The notes under the pieces were generated by a model. That model had not been told where the DNA came from. It did no database searches and worked only from the letters and a program-made list of their open reading frames with translations. From contig CM119371.1 in assembly GCA_051294905.1 (NCBI GenBank), positions 41,542,001 to 41,602,000 on the forward strand: DNA of 60,000 nt, written 5' to 3'. Both the position numbers and the translations under genes were made by a program. How positions within the stretch are numbered: position 1 is the stretch's first letter; each line of letters opens with the position of its first letter. The DNA comes from Botryllus schlosseri (Eukaryota). This document shows, in pieces, positions 40,049 through 51,900 of this stretch.

Positions 40049-41321
40049 CAGATTTCCAAATGAAAATGGTTTTGTTACTCTAGGAAAAGCGAGATGGCCA
40101 AGTGAAAATGTATTGTTACACTGGGTAAACGCCAGATCTCCAAAGAAAAATGATATTTTTACTCAGCTAAACGACGGACCACCAAGTGAAAATGGTTTGT
40201 TGCTTAGGGAAAAAATATATTTCCAAGTGAAAATGGTTTGTTGCTCAGGGAAAAAATAGATTTCCAAAGGAAAAGGGGTTAGTTACTCTAGGAAACGATA
40301 GACCCCCAAGTGAAAATGTATTGTTACTCTGAGTAAATGATAAATCTCCAAAGGACAATGGTATTTTTTACTCTGGCAACGACTGACCTCCAGGTGAAAA
40401 TGGTAATTTTACTTGGGTAGGTATCGTATGTTTAGTGTCGTTGGTATTGTTAAACGTTGTCGCCGGTAGCCGTTGGTATAGTATTACGAGTGTGAAAAGG
40501 ATTTGCACGTCCTGTGCAGAGTATCGCGATGATGAACATATTTTTCGCGTGACGAAACAAGATCACTGTTTAAATTTCAATGCATACATTTCGATTACCG
40601 GTTACTGTACAATAGAGATGACTCTACACTAGACCGTGCTGTATACTTCGATTAAAACCACAAGACCACATGTAAATCTATTCGCACAACTCGATGATGT
40701 TGATATAGTGTTACTAAAATTAATTGTTACCTATATTTACACAACATAAAAATAACAATTCATGTCGTAGTAAGTAAGTTTCTTGAACTCGTGCTTGATG
40801 AAAACGAATGGTGACAAGTATGCGTTTGTGTTTGAGTGAAAAATAAATATTTAGAGTAGTGACATTTTGCGACCAACGAATGCAAATCGATCATGATATT
40901 ACAATACACGCTTTCGTCAACATAACGACTTGGCGTAGAAACGCTTTCACGTTTTTTGAATAACTGGATTCTCGAGACTTGTTACTTGTACGATGTACCG
41001 TTGGTGTGCAAACTATAACGACCATTTTGTATGATAGTATGTTTTAGTTGTATTGTTGTGAGGATAACCATATGATGACTCAGCACTTTTCGTTAGCAAA
41101 GTAAATTGTTTTACGCGTTAGATTTGTGGAACGTAAGTCGAATACATACTCTTTTGTGGAAGTAACTGTATTACTGCGATATCATTGATAGATCTCTCAA
41201 GTAGCCACCGTGGTTCTAATTTTGAAAGATGTCGCGATGTCGGTATAATGTTTCTAAAAGTCAAACTCGGACGGCTATCGTGAATGTGTAGGACTTACGA
41301 TAAGTATTGTACATATGCAAC
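40049..41321 (+). mobile_element. Older diverged copy of the same Maverick-derived family (left part of host element)
   Basis: Collinear with about 48700-49900: 40385-40456 matches 48937-49010 almost exactly, 41054-41105 matches 49616-49667, and the CCAAGTGAAAATGG repeat array is shared. Confidence 0.75.
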
Positions 41322-41356
41322 AGTAGTAGTATAGATCGGTCTGGGGGTGCCTGGGG

Positions 41357-41600
41357 CTCTTATGGGCGGGGTGGCGAGCGGCTGGAAAACCGGGGGTGGC
41401 GAGCGGCTCTTATTCCTTATGGCGGGGGTGGCGAGCGGCTATTGCGTCTTATGGCGGGGGTGGCGAGCGGCTCTTATTTCTTACGGCGGGGGTCGCAAGC
41501 GGCTGGGAAAACCGGGGTGGCAAGCGGCTGTTTCGTCTTATGGCGGGGGTGGCGAGCGGCTATTGCGTCTTATGGCGGGGGTGGCAAGCGGCTATTGTGT
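41357..41600 (+). repeat. GC-rich subterminal tandem array (about 30-bp unit CTTATGGCGGGGGTGGCGAGCGGCTATTGCGT), mirrored at 53758-54001
   Basis: About eight imperfect copies directly inside the element terminus. Confidence 0.9.
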
Positions 41601-41769
41601 CTTGTGGTCGCGCGGTAACCCTTTTCAGCATAGGGATCGGTCGCACGCGGCTTCGTTGTTGGCATGTCGTACTTTCGGGTATAGACTGCAGGCGGCATGT
41701 CGTACTTTTAGCAAAAAATGGTGTGAAATAGTTTGCTGAATCTAAGAATCACTAGCAAGGTAATATTTG

Positions 41770-42430
41770 GTAATTAGTTTGCCAGAGAGCCGGTGTAGAC
41801 GGCGATACGAATATCAACAATAGCCGCGTTCACAAACTAACACTTCAAATAGGTGTGAAATAGTTTGCAAAACCCCGCGATCGCTGACAAGATAATGTCT
41901 CGGAGATAACCATCTTTCACGACTTGGTGTCATAGCCATACCGATCGCTCACGCGGTGAAATTTTAGTAATCTGTTTGTCACAGAACTTGATTTCGCTGG
42001 TAAGATTTAATAAGTAACGACTAACAGAACCGCCAGTGTCGGTGACTTGAATAGCAACAAATTGTCACTTATTCCTACTCTAACCCTAATCCTTTGTGAA
42101 GTGTACGCTTATTCAAAAAGGTGCGAAATAATTCTAAAATCCCGCGATCGCTCACAAGATAACACCTAAGACACAACCATCGCTCGCGACTTGATTTTAC
42201 ATACATTTCAATCACTCACAGGGTATCATTTTGGTAATTAGTTTGTCGCAGAGCTGGATTTCACTGGTAAGATTTATCATGTGACGAATAACAGAACCGT
42301 CGCAGACGGTGATTCGAATACCGACAAATTCTCACTTATTTCTGATCCAACCCTAATCCTCTGTGAAGTTGACGCTTATTCAAAAAGGTATGAAATAATT
42401 GTAAAATCCTACGTCGCTGACACGATAATG
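41770..42430 (+). repeat. 267-bp-period subterminal repeat (about 2.5 units), mirrored at 52928-53588
   Basis: CTTATTCAAAAAGGT at 42108 and 42375; the CGATCGCT..GATAA box recurs near 41891, 42158 and 42425. Confidence 0.8.
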
Positions 42431-45400
42431 CATCAGACGTAGCGGTCTAGTTATAGTACGGTGTCGGAATCCATTCGCGACATGTTCTATAGGTAAATTC
42501 AGATAATCAAGAATGAGGTATTTGGACTTTGACATAGTCTGAATTAAAATAGATTGACAAACATGACTACCAACTTTCCCGCAGTCCCATTTCGATATTA
42601 TCTGCACATTGATTTGAAACAAGTAATGAAACATTGCAACTCTATTCGCGATTCCGCTTTCCGTGTGTCAAAGAGATATTTTAACATCTTACCATACTCA
42701 AAAGAATTATTCACAACATTAACAAGTGTTCAAAATCTAGTTTTCACTTACTTGATTATATCACAACAACTGACAAACTTGAATTAATTCATCTGGTTGT
42801 ATTCATATGACCGATAATTTTTATTCAATTGTAAAGGTCGTTACTATTCTGAAGACAAATATTTACTAGTCAATGCATATACGACTTGACATGAACATAT
42901 TATATTTTGAGTATATGAGATTTGAATGACTGAATAATAACTGAGAATTAAATTATCACAAGTGAATCCGTATATTACAGCGTAAAAGATATTGGAATGT
43001 CAGCAACTCTGTACGGTCATAGTTACTACCACTAATTTACCCGACCAACTCGTCATGATCATTCCTGAAATCAACACAAACACGACCACTGACTTGAGTT
43101 AACCACAAAACGGCATCAAGTTTTTAATCAGTTAGCAGCTGACAGATTATTCGAATGCATCGATGGGGAATATTATTGAACTCGTCGATATTGTTATTTC
43201 AACAAATTATCGCTTACGTCGACTGCGAAAGTTAATATCGAATGGTAAGACTTGATCGCATATTTGTTGAACACAGACATGACAAAGAACATTACCGAGC
43301 TTTTATAAACTAGTCATATTACTTTTCACATCTATCAATATCAGAATACAAGGCATCAAACTTTTTGTTAAATGTAACATAGCACTTTTGGAATCGGATT
43401 CGTTATAGTCATACAAATTGTATTAAACCCAACACCAAAACAAAAGGACTTTCAAGCTCATTGAAATCAAATCATTCATCTTCGACTTGCGCTTTATTAG
43501 ATTGCACGCAACAATTCGTTACGAATGAGCTGTAACCAAAGTTAAGAAATCTTTGTGCCCACAGATATGGAAGATGAATATAGCTAACACAATCACGAAT
43601 CGACGTTTCAGAGTATTTCACGGATGTAATAAACTTGTTAGTGTCGCCTATCTAAAATTATGCATGCGTTCGATTTCCATACCGACTGTTGCGATGTTTA
43701 GGATTCGCTTACAATAACCAAGAGTGAGGATTTAACATCAATGTCGTTACTGTCGGTATTCACAACAGAGAATCGAAACATTACACAGTGTGAAAATATA
43801 TCTTTGATATCAAAGCACTATCCCAAGTACACGATTAATACTCAACTCCGTTCACACTTTCCATAGAACGTGCTAAATGCAAAATATCGCGAGGAGACTT
43901 TGATCATTACAAAAGTAAATTGGGGTTTGTTTGCTAGACGCATCCAATTCAGTTAGAAATTTCTGGTGCACAACAATCGTAATATCAAGGAAGTACTTGC
44001 TACACTGTAATTCACTAAACGCGTTTTGCATTGTTGGTCGTTTGTAGTATTGATTGAAATTGTTTTTCAACCCTCAAATAATAATTCCCGACATGAGACC
44101 AAACCGCTGAAAGTCATTACCATCACAAAGAAACAATTTGTACGATGTTTGTCAAATGTGTCCTATAGTTGGGTGTACTAGAATTATTTGTGTAACCCAC
44201 CGACAATGCAATCAAAAATTTTTCCGTTGTCATTCACTAAAGTAAATGTCATCACAATACTCTGTCACTAAAAGACGTTACTTGTATGTGATTGAACCCC
44301 TAGCGATTAACTCACTAAACCGAACTCCAAAGAAATTTTACTCACTCGACGGATATGAAACAGCGTCGCTTAATCGGTCTACATCGTTTTTCTAAATGTA
44401 AATCATATCCACCCAGCAGAAAACAATTTTCACTCGCTTGGTAATGAAACCGAAGTCCCCATTTGATATTTTATTTTTGGTCAAATACTTTGCAAAGAAC
44501 ACATTTGAGTGGCTGAGCTTTACATCATCAAGCTGCCATCTGTAAATCAAGATTACATCCAACTTGTAACTGTATCGTTTAACTACCGGGTTGCATCAGT
44601 TTGCTATTTTTGTCATTTAGTGACTGCTGAACATACCAAACGATACACATTCACTTACGAAATACTGTGTTGATCGTAATTTCCATGATCGTGACAATCG
44701 AAGTACATTTGTTTCGAGTTCATAACAACCGACTTTTCTATGATATGATGAATTTTTGAAAAGTTTAGAAGATTGGCGCTCCTCGCGAAAAATAATATAC
44801 TACTCATATGGATACTGTTACTCCATTGACCGGTATTTTCAAACGAGTCGATTTTCAACCGAGCAAAATTTATTACTTGAGTTGTCCCGCTTACTATATT
44901 TAAATGTAAACTCGCCCGTCTTTCAAAACCACAACAAACAATGACAAAAAAGTACACAAGCAAACACAACAAGTTTTACTTTTGTAGGACACTAATTATT
45001 ATTCCACGCATCTCATTTCATACTAAGTGTATATGAAAGATATTCACGGTACACGAAAACATTCGATATTCCATGCTACGAACATACGCAATGATTGGTG
45101 ACGCTTTCACACTATTTCGATTTAGTGTAACAAAATCAACAACAACAATTTTCACTCTCTCGACTTATGAAAACAACAGACGAACCTTCATTCAATATTT
45201 TGTTTTTGTCAACTAGTTACTTTTTCATGAGACCCCCACAACTCTTACAAAAGTACGAAAGATATTTACATCACACAAAGTAATCAACTTTACTCGATAT
45301 TTTCACATTACGAAACTAAAGAATGGTTGGTTTGACTCTACAAACTGTTTCGTTACCTCAAGACCTTTATTATCTGAATGGTTGTTCATGTGTCTTAAGA

Positions 45401-48400
45401 ACCAAATAGTTCAACACAGCACTAGTACCAACAGTAACATCAGAGTTGTTTACACAAAAGTTTGTATGTGCGCAGTATGCGAATACCACGTGTAAGTCCA
45501 GCACAATTGTAGTATCCAGCTGAGATTAGTTAACACCAATTTATTACAACGGAGCCACGTAAACTTTCGTGAATGTAAGGCATACTCACTTCTCGATATT
45601 CTGTCAATGTCATAGCAATAAACCAACTACTCCAAAAACAGAGTACATATGTTTTCTAGTTACGGTGCTTACATCTTTCACAGAGATCAATCTACTTTGC
45701 TAACGAAAAGCGCTGTGTCATCACATGATTATCCTCACAACAACCAGTAGATGGAGCTGTATTAAAATGTTCCTAACCCCTTGCACACCAGTGACAAATT
45801 GTTTTTCAGCGTCAAGTCCCCATGTTGAAGCGTACATTAAAACAGCGCAATTCAATTAAAACCACGAATCTATTTTCATTTCCTCACAAACTGTCACATA
45901 CAGAAAAGTAAATTTTATATTCCCAACACATACTTGTAACCAATCGCTTTCATTAAACACACAACTCTATAAAAGTATTTACTTCCTACAACATAGACAT
46001 TCCGATGTAGTCAAGAAATATTTTTATTAATCAAAATCATCGACTTCTGTTTACGGCGTTAGTGTGTGCATGTCATACATGTGGGGCCCGTATTGAAATG
46101 GACACGACACGACTGAATGTAAGGAGATAGAAGTCTATCGCATGGATCGGGACCGAACAAGTTAGTTAATGTATTCACGGTCATGATTGTGTTTGTCATA
46201 TACGAATGATAGGGTTACTGCCAAATCTACATACAACAACCTTCTGGCACTCATAATAACAATTTCATTCTCCCCCATGATAACAATTTCATTCTCCCCC
46301 TTCGTAATTGCATACTCACGACAAGTATATTGTACAACTCGACAGCTACGTTTAACAATACCAACGACACTAAACATACGATACCTACCCAAGTAAAATT
46401 ACCATTTTCACCTGGAGGTCAGGCGTTACCAGAGTAAAAAATACCATTGTCCTTTGGAGATTTATCGTTTACTCAGAGTAGCAATACATTTTCACTTGAG
46501 GGTCTATCGTTTCCTAGAGTAACAAACCTTTTTCACTTGGAAATATATTTTTTCACCGGGTAACAAACCTTTTTCACTTGGAAATATATTTTTCCCTGAG
46601 CAACAAACCATTTTCACTTGGTGGGTCGTCGTTTACCTGAGTAAAAATATAATTTTTCTTTGGAGATCCGGGTCCGCGATGTCCGGGTTCGCGCTTTGGA
46701 TTTTCCAGAGTCAAAATGTCTGAATAAAACACCTCCTCGACTTTGGTAACTGGTTGGTACACGGATAATGATGTTCGGAAAACGGATGAATTTATGTTCC
46801 CCATCGCGCTAACAACTCTGTGTTACTTGCGGGTTTCCTCAGGTCTGTTTACTATGTTGTGTCTTTACTGGTCAATACATGTCGCTCCAGTCAGCTGAAA
46901 CCGGATCACTAATATGAGAAAGTATGTGGACCGGATCAGGATATTCACTCATGAACCAACGACCAATATTCAAGTAAACATGTTACAGACCGTGTTTTGT
47001 CTCCATGAAAAAGACCAATGCATACACCATCACATCAAGTACGTCACGATTGTTCATACATACCAAGTATTCGCGTAAACGACGTGTACATACAATGTGT
47101 GGGTGTACAAACATCATGGAAAACAAATTCATGTTCTCAAGTCTCATCATGCGACGACTCTGTACATTCAATGTGGGCATAGATGACACTCGACATGATA
47201 CAATGGACAATGCATTATGCATACCGATATATTCTCAGTCAAATATGCGAACCATACACAACCATATGCCCTGATTTTCGCTGAATATCCACAACACCAA
47301 CAAATCTGTACATTTCTTTTCCCTCGACTTCGACGATAGAGTTGTCATCCCAATGTACCAATCGAGTGTATGGTTCATCAGGTGTAAAATCCAAATCAAA
47401 TGTCACCAAGGTATCGTTTTTCATTTTCAATATTTTCACCGCTGCATCTTGTCTGTGTCGTAAAACCACGGTGTGGGGCCAGAGGAATCTATGGAACGTT
47501 ACGCGTAGTCCCATATTTACTCGTGGATATAGTCAGGTAACGACAACGTTTTCTCAGCGGTCTGCGTGGGTTCGCCGTTTCAATACGTAGCTGGGTCAAC
47601 TAGACCAAAAGTTTCCAACCGCGTTTTATAACGACATGTAGAATTACGAGACAGCACCCTCTTGTGGAGTGGTTAACACGAAATCAGTCTTCAACCCGCA
47701 GAGACACACCTTGGATTACATTATCAAATCGTGATTGAACTCGAGATTCACACATACACATAATCCCTGTTTACGATTTCAATCCGGAGTCACTGTTCAC
47801 GATGTTTAGCTGGAGCCGTTATGTGCGAGTATCGACATCCGACATACATCGCGTGAAAGATTGATAACGATGGTAATCGCCAAATACATTAAACCAACCA
47901 AGGTGAATCACTGCGATCTCAGTAAAAAAGTTCACAGGTTATGACCAACAATACGTGGGGATTGAGCGAGTTACGCAACCCGATTTTACTATATGTCGAG
48001 GTCTGGATCACGATGCAAGTCTACCTGAGAATCCGAACAATCTTGTAAAATCAAAGTGTGAGCCCGTGAAAGTGTTGTACTCGTGTGAGATGCATTTTTC
48101 ACAAGTTGGGTGGAGGCGGTTCATACTAAGATCGTGTTACGTCCAAATATAGCTGCTTGTCTGTCCCCAAGTCATCTATGCCCACATTGAATGTACAGAG
48201 TCGTCGCATGATGAGACTTGAGAACATGAATTTGTTTTCCATGATGTTTGTACACCCACACATTGTATGTACACGTCGTTTACGCGAATACTTGGTATGT
48301 ATGAACAATCGTGACGTACTTGATGTGATGGTGTATGCATTGGTCTTTTTCATGGAGACAAAACACGGTCTGTAACATGTTTACTTGAATATTGGTCGTT

Positions 48401-48694
48401 GGTTCATGAGTGAATATCCTGATCCGGTCCACATACTTTCTCATATTAGTGATCCGGTTTCAGCTGACTGGAGCGACATGTATTGACCAGTAAAGACACA
48501 ACATAGTAAACAGACCTGAGGAAACCCGCAAGTAACACAGAGTTGTTAGCGCGATGGGGAACATAAATTCATCCGTTTTCCGAACATCATTATCCGTGTA
48601 CCAACCAGTTACCAAAGTCGAGGAGGTGTTTTATTCAGACATTTTGACTCTGGAAAATCCAAAGCGCGAACCCGGACATCGCGGACCCGGATCT

Positions 48695-48965
48695 CCAAAG
48701 AAAAATTATATTTTTACTCAGGTAAACGACGACCCACCAAGTGAAAATGGTTTGTTGCTCAGGGAAAAATATATTTCCAAGTGAAAAAGGTTTGTTACCC
48801 GGTGAAAAAATATATTTCCAAGTGAAAAAGGTTTGTTACTCTAGGAAACGATAGACCCTCAAGTGAAAATGTATTGCTACTCTGAGTAAACGATAAATCT
48901 CCAAAGGACAATGGTATTTTTTACTCTGGTAACGCCTGACCTCCAGGTGAAAATGGTAATTTTAC
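48695..48965 (+). repeat. About 41-bp tandem array (CCAAGTGAAAATGGTTTGTTACTC..), mirrored at 46393-46663, paralogous array at 40050-40415
   Basis: About seven copies here and about nine at 40050-40415. Confidence 0.85.
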
Positions 48966-51900
48966 TTGGGTAGGTATCGTATGTTTAGTGTCGTTGGTAT
49001 TGTTAAACGTAGCTGTCGAGTTGTACAATATACTTGTCGTGAGTATGCAATTACGAAGGGGGAGAATGAAATTGTTATCATGGGGGAGAATGAAATTGTT
49101 ATTATGAGTGCCAGAAGGTTGTTGTATGTAGATTTGGCAGTAACCCTATCATTCGTATATGACAAACACAATCATGACCGTGAATACATTAACTAACTTG
49201 TTCGGTCCCGATCCATGCGATAGACTTCTATCTCCTTACATTCAGTCGTGTCGTGTCCATTTCAATACGGGCCCCACATGTATGACATGCACACACTAAC
49301 GCCGTAAACAGAAGTCGATGATTTTGATTAATAAAAATATTTCTTGACTACATCGGAATGTCTATGTTGTAGGAAGTAAATACTTTTATAGAGTTGTGTG
49401 TTTAATGAAAGCGATTGGTTACAAGTATGTGTTGGGAATATAAAATTTACTTTTCTGTATGTGACAGTTTGTGAGGAAATGAAAATAGATTCGTGGTTTT
49501 AATTGAATTGCGCTGTTTTAATGTACGCTTCAACATGGGGACTTGACGCTGAAAAACAATTTGTCACTGGTGTGCAAGGGGTTAGGAACATTTTAATACA
49601 GCTCCATCTACTGGTTGTTGTGAGGATAATCATGTGATGACACAGCGCTTTTCGTTAGCAAAGTAGATTGATCTCTGTGAAAGATGTAAGCACCGTAACT
49701 AGAAAACATATGTACTCTGTTTTTGGAGTAGTTGGTTTATTGCTATGACATTGACAGAATATCGAGAAGTGAGTATGCCTTACATTCACGAAAGTTTACG
49801 TGGCTCCGTTGTAATAAATTGGTGTTAACTAATCTCAGCTGGATACTACAATTGTGCTGGACTTACACGTGGTATTCGCATACTGCGCACATACAAACTT
49901 TTGTGTAAACAACTCTGATGTTACTGTTGGTACTAGTGCTGTGTTGAACTATTTGGTTCTTAAGACACATGAACAACCATTCAGATAATAAAGGTCTTGA
50001 GGTAACGAAACAGTTTGTAGAGTCAAACCAACCATTCTTTAGTTTCGTAATGTGAAAATATCGAGTAAAGTTGATTACTTTGTGTGATGTAAATATCTTT
50101 CGTACTTTTGTAAGAGTTGTGGGGGTCTCATGAAAAAGTAACTAGTTGACAAAAACAAAATATTGAATGAAGGTTCGTCTGTTGTTTTCATAAGTCGAGA
50201 GAGTGAAAATTGTTGTTGTTGATTTTGTTACACTAAATCGAAATAGTGTGAAAGCGTCACCAATCATTGCGTATGTTCGTAGCATGGAATATCGAATGTT
50301 TTCGTGTACCGTGAATATCTTTCATATACACTTAGTATGAAATGAGATGCGTGGAATAATAATTAGTGTCCTACAAAAGTAAAACTTGTTGTGTTTGCTT
50401 GTGTACTTTTTTGTCATTGTTTGTTGTGGTTTTGAAAGACGGGCGAGTTTACATTTAAATATAGTAAGCGGGACAACTCAAGTAATAAATTTTGCTCGGT
50501 TGAAAATCGACTCGTTTGAAAATACCGGTCAATGGAGTAACAGTATCCATATGAGTAGTATATTATTTTTCGCGAGGAGCGCCAATCTTCTAAACTTTTC
50601 AAAAATTCATCATATCATAGAAAAGTCGGTTGTGATGAACTCGAAACAAATGTACTTCGATTGTCACGATCATGGAAATTACGATCAACACAGTATTTCG
50701 TAAGTGAATGTGTATCGTTTGGTATGTTCAGCAGTCACTAAATGACAAAAATAGCAAACTGATGCAACCCGGTAGTTAAACGATACAGTTACAAGTTGGA
50801 TGTAATCTTGATTTACAGATGGCAGCTTGATGATGTAAAGCTCAGCCACTCAAATGTGTTCTTTGCAAAGTATTTGACCAAAAATAAAATATCAAATGGG
50901 GACTTCGGTTTCATTACCAAGCGAGTGAAAATTGTTTTCTGCTGGGTGGATATGATTTACATTTAGAAAAACGATGTAGACCGATTAAGCGACGCTGTTT
51001 CATATCCGTCGAGTGAGTAAAATTTCTTTGGAGTTCGGTTTAGTGAGTTAATCGCTAGGGGTTCAATCACATACAAGTAACGTCTTTTAGTGACAGAGTA
51101 TTGTGATGACATTTACTTTAGTGAATGACAACGGAAAAATTTTTGATTGCATTGTCGGTGGGTTACACAAATAATTCTAGTACACCCAACTATAGGACAC
51201 ATTTGACAAACATCGTACAAATTGTTTCTTTGTGATGGTAATGACTTTCAGCGGTTTGGTCTCATGTCGGGAATTATTATTTGAGGGTTGAAAAACAATT
51301 TCAATCAATACTACAAACGACCAACAATGCAAAACGCGTTTAGTGAATTACAGTGTAGCAAGTACTTCCTTGATATTACGATTGTTGTGCACCAGAAATT
51401 TCTAACTGAATTGGATGCGTCTAGCAAACAAACCCCAATTTACTTTTGTAATGATCAAAGTCTCCTCGCGATATTTTGCATTTAGCACGTTCTATGGAAA
51501 GTGTGAACGGAGTTGAGTATTAATCGTGTACTTGGGATAGTGCTTTGATATCAAAGATATATTTTCACACTGTGTAATGTTTCGATTCTCTGTTGTGAAT
51601 ACCGACAGTAACGACATTGATGTTAAATCCTCACTCTTGGTTATTGTAAGCGAATCCTAAACATCGCAACAGTCGGTATGGAAATCGAACGCATGCATAA
51701 TTTTAGATAGGCGACACTAACAAGTTTATTACATCCGTGAAATACTCTGAAACGTCGATTCGTGATTGTGTTAGCTATATTCATCTTCCATATCTGTGGG
51801 CACAAAGATTTCTTAACTTTGGTTACAGCTCATTCGTAACGAATTGTTGCGTGCAATCTAATAAAGCGCAAGTCGAAGATGAATGATTTGATTTCAATGA

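Noticed and set aside
40050..40415. CRISPR-like regularly spaced repeats (also 46393-46663, 48695-48965, 9590-10250, 36330-36800)
   Set aside because: Whole units are homologous with no unique spacers, there are no cas genes, and the context is eukaryotic.
41307..41739. Gly/Arg-rich ORFs in all three frames (mirrored at 53619-54126)
   Set aside because: By-products of the stop-poor 30-bp GC-rich tandem array.
42079..42092. Telomere-like CTAACCCTAA motif (also near 42349 and 59740)
   Set aside because: Only one to two units inside the 267-bp repeat; not an interstitial telomeric array.
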